NCBI RefSeq assembly: GCF_024700885.2
Contig: NZ_CP117016.1
Strand: one strand, 5' to 3'
Source: Escherichia coli
GTDB taxonomy: Bacteria; Pseudomonadota; Gammaproteobacteria; Enterobacterales; Enterobacteriaceae
Length of the DNA stretch: 64,000 nt
Shown here: positions 54,175 to 63,242 of the stretch, piece after piece
Position numbering within the stretch: the first letter of the stretch is position 1
How the letters are laid out: each line of letters begins with the position of its first letter
The notes under the pieces: model-generated
Database searches by the model: none
Told to the model about the DNA's origin: nothing
What the model saw: only the letters and a program-made list of their open reading frames with translations
Program-made: the position numbers and the translations under genes

Positions 54175-55224
54175 ATGCTTAATACTGTAAAAATATCCAG
54201 TTGTGAGTTAATCAACGCCGACTGCCTGGAATTTATCCGGTCGTTACCCGAAAATTCTGTTGACCTGATAGTCACGGACCCGCCGTACTTTAAAGTGAAG
54301 CCTGAGGGCTGGGATAACCAGTGGAAGGGCGACGATGATTACCTGAAGTGGCTGGACCAGTGTCTGGCGCAGTTCTGGCGGGTGCTGAAACCTGCCGGAA
54401 GTCTTTACCTGTTCTGTGGTCATCGCCTGGCATCTGATATCGAAATCATGATGCGTGAACGCTTCAGTGTGCTGAACCATATTATCTGGGCGAAGCCGTC
54501 CGGACGCTGGAACGGATGCAACAAGGAAAGCCTGCGGGCGTATTTCCCCGCCACAGAGCGCATTCTGTTCGCGGAACATTATCAGGGGCCGTATCGTCCG
54601 AAAGATGCCGGGTATGCGGCGAAGGGCAGTGCACTGAAACAGCATGTGATGGCCCCGCTGATTTCTTACTTTCGTGATGCGCGCGCGGCCCTGGGGATAA
54701 CGGCAAAACAGATTGCAGATGCCACAGGAAAGAAAAACATGGTGTCGCACTGGTTCAGTGCCAGTCAGTGGCAGCTACCGAATGAAAGCGATTATCTGAA
54801 ATTACAGGCGCTGTTTGCCCGGGTGGCAGAAGAGAAGCATCGGCGTGGTGAACTGGAAAAGCTCCACCACCAGCTGGTGGATACGTATACCTCACTGAAC
54901 CGGCAGTATGCGGAGCTGCTGAGTGAATATAAACATCTGCGGCGGTATTTTGGCGTGACGGTGCAGGTGCCGTATACCGATGTGTGGACGCATAAACCGG
55001 TGCAGTTCTATCCCGGGAAACATCTGTGCGAAAAACCGGCAGAAATGCTGCAGCAGATAATCAGCGCAAGCAGTCGTCCGGGTGACCTGGTTGCAGATTT
55101 TTTCATGGGGTCGGGTTCAACGGTAAAAGCGGCGATGGCACTGGGGCGTCGTGCGATTGGCGTTGAACTGGAGACCGGACGTTTTGAGCAGACAGTCAGG
55201 GAAGTTCAGGATTTAATCGTTTGA
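54175..55224 (+). CDS. orphan DNA N6-adenine/N4-cytosine methyltransferase (DPPY motif)
   Basis: 349-aa ORF with catalytic IVTDPPYF near the N-terminus and AdoMet-binding FFMGSGST near the C-terminus; no adjacent restriction endonuclease ORF. Confidence 0.8.
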   Translation: MLNTVKISSCELINADCLEFIRSLPENSVDLIVTDPPYFKVKPEGWDNQWKGDDDYLKWLDQCLAQFWRVLKPAGSLYLFCGHRLASDIEIMMRERFSVLNHIIWAKPSGRWNGCNKESLRAYFPATERILFAEHYQGPYRPKDAGYAAKGSALKQHVMAPLISYFRDARAALGITAKQIADATGKKNMVSHWFSASQWQLPNESDYLKLQALFARVAEEKHRRGELEKLHHQLVDTYTSLNRQYAELLSEYKHLRRYFGVTVQVPYTDVWTHKPVQFYPGKHLCEKPAEMLQQIISASSRPGDLVADFFMGSGSTVKAAMALGRRAIGVELETGRFEQTVREVQDLIV

Positions 55225-55273
55225 AACGGATGAGATTGCAGAATTAATTACGCACCATTATTATTCTGCTTCC

Positions 55274-55349
55274 GGCCCTTTAGCTCAGTGGTGAGAGCGA
55301 GCGACTCATAATCGCCAGGTCGCTGGTTCAAATCCAGCAAGGGCCACCA
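55274..55349 (+). tRNA. tRNA-Ile (anticodon CAU, ileZ-like) or tRNA-Met
   Basis: 76 nt; perfect 7-bp acceptor stem (GGCCCTT/AAGGGCC), D and T arms, anticodon loop CTCATAA, 3' CCA. Confidence 0.85.
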
Positions 55350-55449
55350 TCACAAACCGCCATTAGCTTATCAGGAAGAGCAGACGACACGATAACAGGG
55401 TTGTTGGTGCGGGGGCGGGTCCCCGATGGCGGTCCATTATCGGTATTCA

Positions 55450-55526
55450 GCGTTGTTAGCTCAGCCGGACAGAGCAATTGCCTTCTAAGCAATCGGTCAC
55501 TGGTTCGAATCCAGTACAGCGCGCCA
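55450..55526 (+). tRNA. tRNA-Arg (anticodon UCU, argN/argO-like)
   Basis: 77 nt; acceptor stem GCGTTGT/ACAGCGC, anticodon loop CTTCTAA, T loop TTCGAAT, 3' CCA. Confidence 0.85.
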
Positions 55527-55633
55527 TATTCATTCTTCCAGATTCCTTTCGGCAGAGCCTTATACTGAAATATACCTGGCTCAGGATATTGTTGAAAATA
55601 TTATATGTTTGTCAAAAATAAAAGTTCTGTTAA

Positions 55634-55990
55634 GTGTTGATTGAGTGTTTGTTATACGGTCTAATGGTTTTTTCAGCATTAAATATTTATCATTCATATG
55701 GTGTGGGTAGAGTGAATATTGATGAGGCGTCGGGGTGTTTCATCCTTAGGCAGCGTATTGATATAGTCAATGCAGAACGAGCAAAGGCCTTCAGCCGTTT
55801 GACAGTTTTGTTCTGTACTCCTGATCGTCTTTCGGGAAGAGACGTTATTATTCTGAATAGTGATGCTATACAGAGGGTTTGCGATGAGTTCATGGTGGCT
55901 AATTCAGAATTATTTGCTCTTGTTCAGGAGTACAACAGAATAGCCAGGACCTGTGGTATGGATGAACTTCGGATTACTCATCTGGGGTAG
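55634..55990 (+). CDS. hypothetical cargo protein in the AT-rich slot downstream of the phage tRNAs
   Basis: 118-aa ORF (GTG start; internal ATG alternatives); no recognisable motif. Confidence 0.4.
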   Translation: MLIECLLYGLMVFSALNIYHSYGVGRVNIDEASGCFILRQRIDIVNAERAKAFSRLTVLFCTPDRLSGRDVIILNSDAIQRVCDEFMVANSELFALVQEYNRIARTCGMDELRITHLG

Positions 55991-56437
55991 ATACATATCT
56001 GGATTATCACCGGTTACGGTAAAAAGTGATTGCTTACTGTTTTTGTGAATGGCATTGCAGCAGCCGGATAATGTCAGTGCTGGCTGACGGTGTGCTGGTG
56101 GCGGGTGTGGTGGTTGCTGCTTTCCCGTTGCTGAAAAAGAAAACGCCAGACTGTTAGCCGGGTATCAGTTAGCGGGAGAAATTTTTAAATACTTCACAAT
56201 TCAGGCGGTTGACTGTTGTCTGGTTTGCGGGGAGTTTGTTAAAAGAAACTGGCATGGTGAATCCCCCTGTGCGGAGGGGCAATCAGCGAGTAGGTATATG
56301 GGATAATCGCGGATTCAGGTGCTGGTACTGAATTCACCGGGAGGCACCCGGCACCATGCAATGGCACATAGCGCCACTCTCCAGCCCCTCTCCGGAGGGG
56401 CTGTTTATATTGATTTTGTCAGATGTGAGTAAACTCC

Positions 56438-56773
56438 TTATGGACTTTGTTGTTTTAGCCCATAAGGACATATTTGCAGAGTGCAACGGTTATTAAAGCA
56501 TTCATTCAATACGTTATCTGTATTTGTAGGGCATTCCTGGCTGTTTTTGATTAAATTCCAGAATGTTTTATTGAATGGTACTACGTTGTAAATGGTTACA
56601 GGCAGCACTTTGTTATTGAGCATGATGCCTGTGTGAGTCAGTGTAAATATACTTTCAGGAGGTAAGAAAGCATCCGATTGATACCAGATTATTAATTTTA
56701 TTTTACTCCATATGACTGAAAAAGATATTCCGCATGATGGCTGGATAACTGTATCAATCACAATCCACTTCAT
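56438..56773 (-). CDS. hypothetical cargo protein (Cys-containing C-terminus)
   Basis: 111-aa ORF on the minus strand with AGGAAA Shine-Dalgarno; AT-rich context. Confidence 0.4.
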   Translation of the reverse strand: MKWIVIDTVIQPSCGISFSVIWSKIKLIIWYQSDAFLPPESIFTLTHTGIMLNNKVLPVTIYNVVPFNKTFWNLIKNSQECPTNTDNVLNECFNNRCTLQICPYGLKQQSP

Positions 56774-57033
56774 TTAGTTTCCTTGTTTATGCCTTGCTGG
56801 TGATGTTCTGAAAAGTATAAATGATATTTTTGATTGTAAACCATAGAGCAGAATTATTTTTCTGATGTTGTTTATTGTTTATTTAAATGCAGGGTGGTTT
56901 ATATCTCGTCTTGTAGTTTATCCATGCATATCTGCTTGATGATGAGGTTTTTAATTAAGGTATGGTTTTGTGTTTTTTCTGTATTACATGTCAGGTATTT
57001 TAAAGAATCATTTTTCAGATGGTGGAAAGAACC

Positions 57034-58890
57034 ATGGCATTTAAACACTATGATGTTGTCAGGGCGGCGTCGCCGTCAGATCTTGCGGAAAAGCTGACAC
57101 ATAAAATGAAAGAGGGCTGGCAGCCGTTTGGTAGTCCGGTGGCCATAACCCCTTATACCCTGATGCAGGCGATTGCAGCAGAAGGTGATGTGGTCGTCAG
57201 TGGTGCAACTGAGCCGGAGTGGTACTACGTCATCGTACTGGCCGGGCAATCCAATGCCATGGCTTACGGTGAAGGGCTTCCGCTTCCGGATTCTTACGAT
57301 GCGCCCCACCCACGCATTAAGCAACTGGCCCGTCGCAACACAGTGACTCCCGGTGGTAAAGCATGCGCATTTAACGACATCATTCCGGCAGACCACTGCC
57401 TGCATGATGTTCAGGATATGAGCGCACTGAATCATCCGAAGGCAGACCTGAGCAAAGGGCAGTACGGCTGTGTCGGCCAGGGCTTACATATTGCCAAAAA
57501 ACTGCTTCCGTATATCCCGAATAACGCGGGGATCCTGCTGGTACCATGCTGTCGTGGTGGTTCGGCATTCACCCAGGGCGCGGAGGGGACATTCAGTGCG
57601 GACACGGGGGCCAGCCAGGATTCGGCACGCTGGGGTGTGGGTAAACCGTTATATCAGGACCTGATCGCACGCACCAAAGCGGCATTACAGAAGAACCCGA
57701 AAAATGTGTTGCTGGCGGTGTGCTGGATGCAGGGCGAATTTGACATGAGCGCTGCCACCTACGCACAGCAACCGGACCTGTTCACGGCCATGCTGAAGCA
57801 GTTCCGTACTGACCTTTCCGGATTTAACGCGCAGTGCCATGGCGGCAGTGCTGCAGTTGTACCGTGGATTTGTGGCGACACGACGTATTACTGGAAAAAC
57901 ACATACGGCACACAGTATGACTCCGTCTACGGCGCGTACAAAAACAGGGAGAGCGACAACGTTTTCTTTGTGCCGTTCATGACCGACGGTAACGGCAACA
58001 ACACGCCCACCAACTTACCGGCAGAAGACCCGGATATTGCTGATGCAGGTTATTACGGCGCGCAATCCCGTAGTAATGGTAATTGGGTATCGTCAAATCG
58101 TCCGACACATTTCAGTTCATGGGCGCGCAGGGGCATTATTTCGGATCGCCTGGCAACCGCTATTCTGAACGCAGTTGGTCGAACCAGCGCCTTCATCAGC
58201 GGTACCGCACCGGAGATTAAACCCTCGCCCGGCGGCGACACGCCATCGGGGCCGTCTGATGGTGACACATCCGTTCGTACAGTCTCCCTGCTGCCGACAG
58301 CCGGAGAGGCTGCTGCGCAGGGCTGGACCATCACCGGCGGCAGTGTTGCGCTGGAAGATGGTGTGTTTAAGGTTACCAAGCAGAGCAATAAAACCTGGTC
58401 CCTGATGCATCCGGTGGATGACGCGGTCTCCCTGCTGACACGGGGTGGCAGACTGAGCTGTAAGTTTCGACTGTCAGGCGCACTGACCAACAACCAGTTC
58501 GGTCTGGGAATTTATCTGTATACCGATGTAGCGTTACCTGACGTCGTGGCGATGACCGGGACTGGTAACCCGTTCCTGATGTCGTTCTTCACCCAGACCA
58601 CAGACGGCAAACTGAATCTGATGCATCACAAGAAAGCCGGAAACACAAAGTTGGGCGAGTTCGGGAATTACAGTAACGACTGGCAGACGCTGGAGCTGGT
58701 GTTCACCGCCGGCAGTGCCACGGTTACTCCGAAACTGAATGGAGTGGCTGGCCCGGCATTCCAGGTCATAAAAGACAGTCTGACACTGGGGCTGAATGCG
58801 CTGACGCTGACGGATATTACCAAAAATGCAGCGTATGGCGTTGAGATAGAAAGTCTGGTGCTGGAGATAAATGCACCGGCATCATCATAA
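57034..58890 (+). CDS. NanS-p-like esterase (N-terminal DUF1737-like + SGNH/sialate O-acetylesterase-like domain)
   Basis: ORF 57019..58890; ATG at 57034 with GGTGGA Shine-Dalgarno; N-terminus MAFKHYDVVRAASPSDLAEKLTHKMKEGWQPFGSPVA; same position as the large esterase downstream of stx in Stx phages. Confidence 0.6.
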   Translation: MAFKHYDVVRAASPSDLAEKLTHKMKEGWQPFGSPVAITPYTLMQAIAAEGDVVVSGATEPEWYYVIVLAGQSNAMAYGEGLPLPDSYDAPHPRIKQLARRNTVTPGGKACAFNDIIPADHCLHDVQDMSALNHPKADLSKGQYGCVGQGLHIAKKLLPYIPNNAGILLVPCCRGGSAFTQGAEGTFSADTGASQDSARWGVGKPLYQDLIARTKAALQKNPKNVLLAVCWMQGEFDMSAATYAQQPDLFTAMLKQFRTDLSGFNAQCHGGSAAVVPWICGDTTYYWKNTYGTQYDSVYGAYKNRESDNVFFVPFMTDGNGNNTPTNLPAEDPDIADAGYYGAQSRSNGNWVSSNRPTHFSSWARRGIISDRLATAILNAVGRTSAFISGTAPEIKPSPGGDTPSGPSDGDTSVRTVSLLPTAGEAAAQGWTITGGSVALEDGVFKVTKQSNKTWSLMHPVDDAVSLLTRGGRLSCKFRLSGALTNNQFGLGIYLYTDVALPDVVAMTGTGNPFLMSFFTQTTDGKLNLMHHKKAGNTKLGEFGNYSNDWQTLELVFTAGSATVTPKLNGVAGPAFQVIKDSLTLGLNALTLTDITKNAAYGVEIESLVLEINAPASS

Positions 58891-59040
58891 AAAGTGAGCC
58901 AGTCAAATGGAAGGTATCGTTAAACTCACCGGTAGTGTCAGTGGGTCGTCTGAGATGCCTGCATGAGTTATCAGAGCCATCAGTACTTAACTGGTGGCTT
59001 TTTTTATTGTTGTCAGCTTCCGGATAACGGGAGACGGGGT

Positions 59041-59256
59041 ATGTACCAGATGGAAAAAATCACAACAGGTGTGTCATACACCACGTCAGCGGTGGGAACG
59101 GGCTACTGGTTCCTGCAGTTGCTGGACAGGGTTTCCCCGTCTCAGTGGGCGGCAATAGGCGTGCTGGGGAGTCTGCTGTTTGGGCTGCTGACATATCTGA
59201 CTAACCTGTATTTCAAAATCAGAGAGGACCGTCGTAAGGCTGCACGGGGAGAGTAA
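59041..59256 (+). CDS. phage-21-type pinholin (class II holin, dual-start motif)
   Basis: ORF 58963..59256; [71 protein letters not shown] (71 aa), two Met starts three codons apart. Confidence 0.8.
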   Translation: MYQMEKITTGVSYTTSAVGTGYWFLQLLDRVSPSQWAAIGVLGSLLFGLLTYLTNLYFKIREDRRKAARGE

Positions 59257-59302
59257 TTCAATGACTCAAAACTATGAACTGATTGTGGGTAATGACTCCA
59301 AC

Positions 59303-59806
59303 TTATTGATAGTGTTTTATGTTCAGATAATGCCCGATGACTTTGTCATGCAGCTCCACCGATTTTGAGAACGACAGCGACTTCCGTCCCAGCCGTGCCA
59401 GGTGCTGCCTCAGATTCAGGTTATGCCGCTCAATTCGCTGCGTATATCGCTTGCTGATTACGTGCAGCTTTCCCTTCAGGCGGGATTCATACAGCGGCCA
59501 GCCATCCGTCATCCATATCACCACGTCAAAGGGTGACAGCAGGCTCATAAGACGCCCCAGCGTCGCCATAGTGCGTTCACCGAATACGTGCGCAACAACC
59601 GTCTTCCGGAGCCTGTCATACGCGTAAAACAGCCAGCGCTGGCGCGATTTAGCCCCGACGTATCCCCACTGTTCGTCCATTTCCGCGCAGACGATGACGT
59701 CACTGCCCGGCTGTATGCGCGAGGTTACCGACTGCGGCCTGAGTTTTTTAAATGGCGGAAAATCGTGTTGAGGCCAACGCCCATAATGCGGGCGGTTGCC
59801 CGGCAT
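59303..59806 (-). CDS. insB: IS1 transposase InsB
   Basis: 167-aa [53 protein letters not shown]... Confidence 0.95.
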   Translation of the reverse strand: MPGNRPHYGRWPQHDFPPFKKLRPQSVTSRIQPGSDVIVCAEMDEQWGYVGAKSRQRWLFYAYDRLRKTVVAHVFGERTMATLGRLMSLLSPFDVVIWMTDGWPLYESRLKGKLHVISKRYTQRIERHNLNLRQHLARLGRKSLSFSKSVELHDKVIGHYLNIKHYQ

Positions 59807-60000
59807 CCAACGCCATTCATGGCCATATCAATGATTTTCTGGTGCGTACCGGGTTGAGAAGCGGTGTAAGTGAACTGCAGTTGCCATGTTTTACGGCAGT
59901 GAGAGCAGAGATAGCGCTGATGTCCGGCGGTGCTTTTGCCGTTACGCACCACCCCGTCAGTAGCTGAACAGGAGGGACAGCTGATAGAAACAGAAGCCAC
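59725..60000 (-). CDS. insA: IS1 protein InsA
   Basis: 91-aa [46 protein letters not shown]... Confidence 0.95.
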   Translation of the reverse strand: MASVSISCPSCSATDGVVRNGKSTAGHQRYLCSHCRKTWQLQFTYTASQPGTHQKIIDMAMNGVGCRATARIMGVGLNTIFRHLKNSGRSR

Positions 60001-60451
60001 TGGAGCACCTCAAAAACACCATCATACACTAAATCAGTAAGTTGGCAGCATCACCCTGATTGTGAAAGGGATCCGCAATTTTGAGAATAAAGTTACGGTA
60101 ACTTTAGCGTTACGGGACAAAAAACGCTTTGACGGTGAAATTTTTGACCTGGACATCTCGCTGGACCGTGTTGAAGGTGCCACGCTGGAGTTTTATGAGG
60201 CAGCAGCCAGAAGGAGCATCAGACAGGTCTTCCTGGATGTTGCTGCCGGGTTATGTGAAGGGGATGAGCAGTCGCCGGAAAAGCGCCCCGTAATTTTAGA
60301 GGCGCAGAATGTATGGATAACCTACAAAGGAAAGCTACCGGGAATAATTACTGGTTCTCTGAAGACTCCTCCGGAATCACAACCTTAAGTCACTGACCGG
60401 AACAGATAAACCTGTCCGTGGGCAGAAACCGATAAATCCTGATAAATATCC

Positions 60452-60985
60452 ATGAACACCAAAATCAAATACGGCCTGTCGGCTGCCGTTCTGGCGCTGA
60501 TTGCCGCTGGTGCGCCTGCGCCTGACATTCTCGACCAGTTTCTGGATGAAAAGGAAGGTAACCACACCACGGCATACCGTGATGGCGCGGGTATCTGGAC
60601 CATCTGCCGCGGTGCCATCCTGGTGGATGGCAAACCTGTCGTTCCTGGCATGAAGTTGTCGAAGGAAAAATGCGACCGGGTTAACGCCATTGAGCGTGAT
60701 AAGGCGCTGGCATGGGTGGAGAAAAACATCAGAGTGCCATTGAGTGAACCCCAGAAAGCGGGGATCGCGTCATTCTGTCCGTACAACATTGGCCCCGGTA
60801 AGTGTTTTCCGTCGACGTTTTATAAACGAATTAATGCAGGTGATCGCAGGGGAGCGTGTGAGGCGATTCGCTGGTGGATTAAGGACGGTGGCAGGGACTG
60901 CCGTATTCGCTCAAATAACTGTTACGGTCAGGTATCCCGTCGTGACCAGGAGAGCGCGCTGGCGTGCTGGGGAATCGACAGATAA
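60452..60985 (+). CDS. SAR (signal-anchor-release) endolysin, phage-21 R-type lysozyme
   Basis: 177-aa ORF with N-terminal hydrophobic SAR segment (GLSAAVLALIAAGAPAP) and lysozyme catalytic region (E...D...T). Confidence 0.85.
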   Translation: MNTKIKYGLSAAVLALIAAGAPAPDILDQFLDEKEGNHTTAYRDGAGIWTICRGAILVDGKPVVPGMKLSKEKCDRVNAIERDKALAWVEKNIRVPLSEPQKAGIASFCPYNIGPGKCFPSTFYKRINAGDRRGACEAIRWWIKDGGRDCRIRSNNCYGQVSRRDQESALACWGIDR

Positions 60986-61076
60986 GCAGAATATTTTGCT
61001 AATAAATGACGTTGGCCAAGGCGGATGGATAACACGAAATCCTGCGAACTGGCAAAATGTAAGTGAATAAAAGTAA

Positions 61077-61115
61077 AAACCCCGTTTGTTGGCAGCAAGC
61101 GGGGTTTTGTTTTTA
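61077..61115 (+). terminator. terminator-like hairpin downstream of the endolysin
   Basis: Stem aaccccg/cggggtt with 15-nt loop followed by TTGTTTTT. Confidence 0.5.
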
Positions 61116-61179
61116 TGGCAGTAAGCTATGGGAGGCTGCCTTGATTGATTTTAGCAAACTGATTAGGGAGTTGCGACTC

Positions 61180-61275
61180 ATGATTAGTCAATTACCAAAC
61201 TGGAAATTTTTGCTGGTCTGGAGCATCCCTTTTTTATGGGTAGTATCCCAGTTAATTGTGGCAATTAAGGGGTAG
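61180..61275 (+). CDS. candidate small membrane peptide (31 aa)
   Basis: AGGGAG then ATG; MISQLPNWKFLLVWSIPFLWVVSQLIVAIKG. Confidence 0.3.
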   Translation: MISQLPNWKFLLVWSIPFLWVVSQLIVAIKG

Positions 61276-61277
61276 CT

Positions 61278-61409
61278 ATGTCAGACAAACTCATAACGCC
61301 GGCAAAGGTCCTGTGTGTGATTGTCGGTATTTCATTTTCACTAATGCTGGTTGCTCTTTTTCTGTCCTTCGCCTGGGTGATGTTGTCTTCGTCGGGGCTG
61401 CTGGGGTGA
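61278..61409 (+). CDS. candidate small membrane peptide (43 aa)
   Basis: AAGGGG then ATG; MSDKLITPAKVLCVIVGISFSLMLVALFLSFAWVMLSSSGLLG. Confidence 0.3.
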   Translation: MSDKLITPAKVLCVIVGISFSLMLVALFLSFAWVMLSSSGLLG

Positions 61410-61528
61410 CAGTGACTGATGACATCAGCAGAGCGCTGGCTTTTGCTATTAAGTGGGTGGCTGTTGGTATTGCTGTGTCTCCGATGCTGTATGGGCTGGC
61501 AAAACTGGTCATTGCGCTGAAATCGTGA
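61406..61528 (+). CDS. candidate small membrane peptide (40 aa)
   Basis: GTG start overlapping the previous stop (GTGA); VTVTDDISRALAFAIKWVAVGIAVSPMLYGLAKLVIALKS; similar to the next peptide. Confidence 0.3.
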   Translation: MTVTDDISRALAFAIKWVAVGIAVSPMLYGLAKLVIALKS

Positions 61529-61539
61529 ACTTTAAAAAG

Positions 61540-61626
61540 ATGAGTGCTGAACTTATTCGGGCAATGGCATTTGCCATTCGTATTGTGGCCATTGCTGTTC
61601 TGGTCTGGGCAATCCGTTGGTGGTGA
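61540..61626 (+). CDS. candidate small membrane peptide (28 aa)
   Basis: [28 protein letters not shown]; stop 1 nt before the Rz start. Confidence 0.3.
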   Translation: MSAELIRAMAFAIRIVAIAVLVWAIRWW

Positions 61627-61627
61627 T

Positions 61628-62122
61628 ATGAACCGTGTTCTGTGTGTGGTGATTATTGTCCTGCTGGTAGCCTGTGGTGTGCTTAGTCTGGGGCTGAATC
61701 ATTACCGCGATAACGCCATCACCTACAAAGCGCAGCGCGATAAAAAAGTCAGTGAGCTGAAACTGGCGAATGCCACTATTACTGACATGCAGCAGCGCCA
61801 GCGAGATGTCGCTGCGCTTGATGCCAGATACACGAAGGAATTAGCCGATGCGAGAGCTGAAAATGAAACTCTGCGCGCTGATGTTGCCGCTGGTCGTAAG
61901 CGCCTGCGGGTCAACGCCACCTGCCCCGGTACCGTGCGTGAAGCCACCGGCACCTCCAGCGTGGATAATGCAACCGGCCCCCGACTGGCAGACACCGCTG
62001 AACGGGATTATTTCATCCTCAGAGAACGGTTGATGACAATGCAGAAGCAGCTGGAAGGGGCGCAGGAATATATCCGCACTCAGTGCACTAAGCTGGCTTT
62101 TTATTATCCGGAGGATACATGA
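61628..62122 (+). CDS. i-spanin Rz
   Basis: ORF 61544..62122; Met at 61628 gives 164 aa with N-terminal TM helix and coiled-coil periplasmic domain; embedded Rz1 frame. Confidence 0.8.
   Translation: MNRVLCVVIIVLLVACGVLSLGLNHYRDNAITYKAQRDKKVSELKLANATITDMQQRQRDVAALDARYTKELADARAENETLRADVAAGRKRLRVNATCPGTVREATGTSSVDNATGPRLADTAERDYFILRERLMTMQKQLEGAQEYIRTQCTKLAFYYPEDT
61863..62033 (+). CDS. o-spanin Rz1 (lipoprotein embedded in Rz in the +1 frame)
   Basis: [15 protein letters not shown] lipobox followed by a proline-rich mature peptide, entirely inside Rz. Confidence 0.8.
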   Translation: MKLCALMLPLVVSACGSTPPAPVPCVKPPAPPAWIMQPAPDWQTPLNGIISSSENG

Positions 62123-62343
62123 AGAAATTACGGGTAACCGTAGAACCTTTTCAGGGAACAATTCCGTTCCGTATTTTGCAGCGTGGTCGTGTTCTTGTTG
62201 AAGGTTCGTTCAGTGGTAAATGTACGCAATTACACTCCCGGACCTTTCAGGTGAATGCCACGAATGAAGAGCTAACCGTGGAGTGTACGATGAATGCCGC
62301 TAAATGCCGCATGGTATCCGCTGCATTACAGCCAGTGTGTTGA
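62119..62343 (+). CDS. hypothetical protein translationally coupled to Rz
   Basis: 74-aa ORF, ATG overlaps the Rz stop (ATGA), GGAGGA Shine-Dalgarno. Confidence 0.45.
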   Translation: MKKLRVTVEPFQGTIPFRILQRGRVLVEGSFSGKCTQLHSRTFQVNATNEELTVECTMNAAKCRMVSAALQPVC

Positions 62344-62541
62344 GCGACCTTATTATCCATGCGCGGTATTGTCGCCGTATTCCTGCATTAACAGAGACCG
62401 CAGCCCGACAGGGAGACTCCTCTGCGCGAGTGTGCGGGGATAATCAAAAACGATACACACCGGGGTTTACCGCGTTAACGGAGCGCGGCGTTGTCCCCTC
62501 ATAGTCGCCTGTCCGGTGCGATGGTGGAAGAAACCGAACGT

Positions 62542-62742
62542 TCATTTCTCGTTATTTGTCATGCTGGCCGGGCGCAGATGCGTTGCATCTGTTGCCAGCC
62601 TTCTCCTGCAGGCTTCAATAACCCACGCTGAAAAGTTACCGGACCCTTTATGCTCAAGGGCGATGTTGATCTGTTCAATTATGTGATTGGGGAAACGGAT
62701 ATTGCGGGTTGTGGTTCTGCGGGTACGGTTTTTCGATGACAT
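62542..62742 (-). CDS. small ribbon-helix-helix-like DNA-binding protein (YlcI-like)
   Basis: ORF 62542..62802; Met at 62742 with AAGGAAA Shine-Dalgarno; MSSKNRTRRTTTRNIRFPNHIIEQINIALEHKGSGNFSAWVIEACRRRL. Confidence 0.5.
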   Translation of the reverse strand: MSSKNRTRRTTTRNIRFPNHIIEQINIALEHKGSGNFSAWVIEACRRRLATDATHLRPASMTNNEK

Positions 62743-62783
62743 ATTTATTTCCTTTACTGATTGCCATATGACGGGGATTTTAC

Positions 62784-63149
62784 ATGGCTGAGCTTCGTAC
62801 ACTCCAGAGCAGAATCAAAACACTGAATACCCGACGGGTGAATATTCTGAAGGGTGAACAGCGTCGTGTCAGTGGCAGTGCACGTGTTTCCCTCAAGCGT
62901 CATATCTGGCTCAGGGACGCCGGGCAGTGCCGTCTCTGTGGTCGTGTGGTTGACCTCTGTGACAGTGAACTCGATCACCGAATTGCACTTCAGTTCGGTG
63001 GTGGTAATGAGGAGACGAATCTCTGGACGCTCTGTACCGAATGCCATCGACAAAAGTCTGCTCGTGAAGCGGCGAGTGGTATGCCGGACCCGACGCTGCC
63101 GGAGGTGTCCGGAGGTAGTGGCAGAGAGGACGACATCATCGGACTGTAA
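62784..63149 (+). CDS. HNH endonuclease (terminase-associated)
   Basis: 121-aa ORF with HNH zinc-binding motif (CRLCGRVV...DHRIALQFGG...NLWTLCTECHRQK) directly upstream of the terminase. Confidence 0.8.
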   Translation: MAELRTLQSRIKTLNTRRVNILKGEQRRVSGSARVSLKRHIWLRDAGQCRLCGRVVDLCDSELDHRIALQFGGGNEETNLWTLCTECHRQKSAREAASGMPDPTLPEVSGGSGREDDIIGL

Positions 63150-63242
63150 CCCAACCCGGGGGGGGGTATCATCCGGCGTAAAAAACGATCGCTTTGGACA
63201 CCGCGCCCCCTCTCACGCAGAGAAAAAATTCCCGTTTCAGGG

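Larger units (their letters stand above)
59288..60055 (-). mobile_element. IS1 insertion sequence (768 bp) with 9-bp target-site duplication CTGATTGTG
   Basis: Terminal inverted repeats GGTAATGACTCCAAC... / ...GTTGGCAGCATCACC; identical 9-bp direct repeats at 59279-59287 and 60056-60064. Confidence 0.97.
59261..60388 (+). pseudogene. small ORF between holin and endolysin, disrupted by IS1 after codon 9
   Basis: Reading frame MTQNYELIV|KGIRNFENKV... is continuous once IS1 and one copy of the 9-bp duplication are removed; would encode ~117 aa. Confidence 0.8.

Noticed and set aside
55350-55449. Possible decayed third tRNA between tRNA-Ile and tRNA-Arg
   Set aside because: No cloverleaf could be drawn: there is no T-loop GTTCGAATC-like motif and no acceptor-stem complementarity in the 100-bp spacer.
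55527-57033. Possible stx toxin genes downstream of the ileZ/argN-like tRNAs
   Set aside because: No ORF with StxA or StxB features (signal peptide plus ~315-aa A subunit and ~89-aa B subunit) is present; the slot contains unrelated short ORFs.
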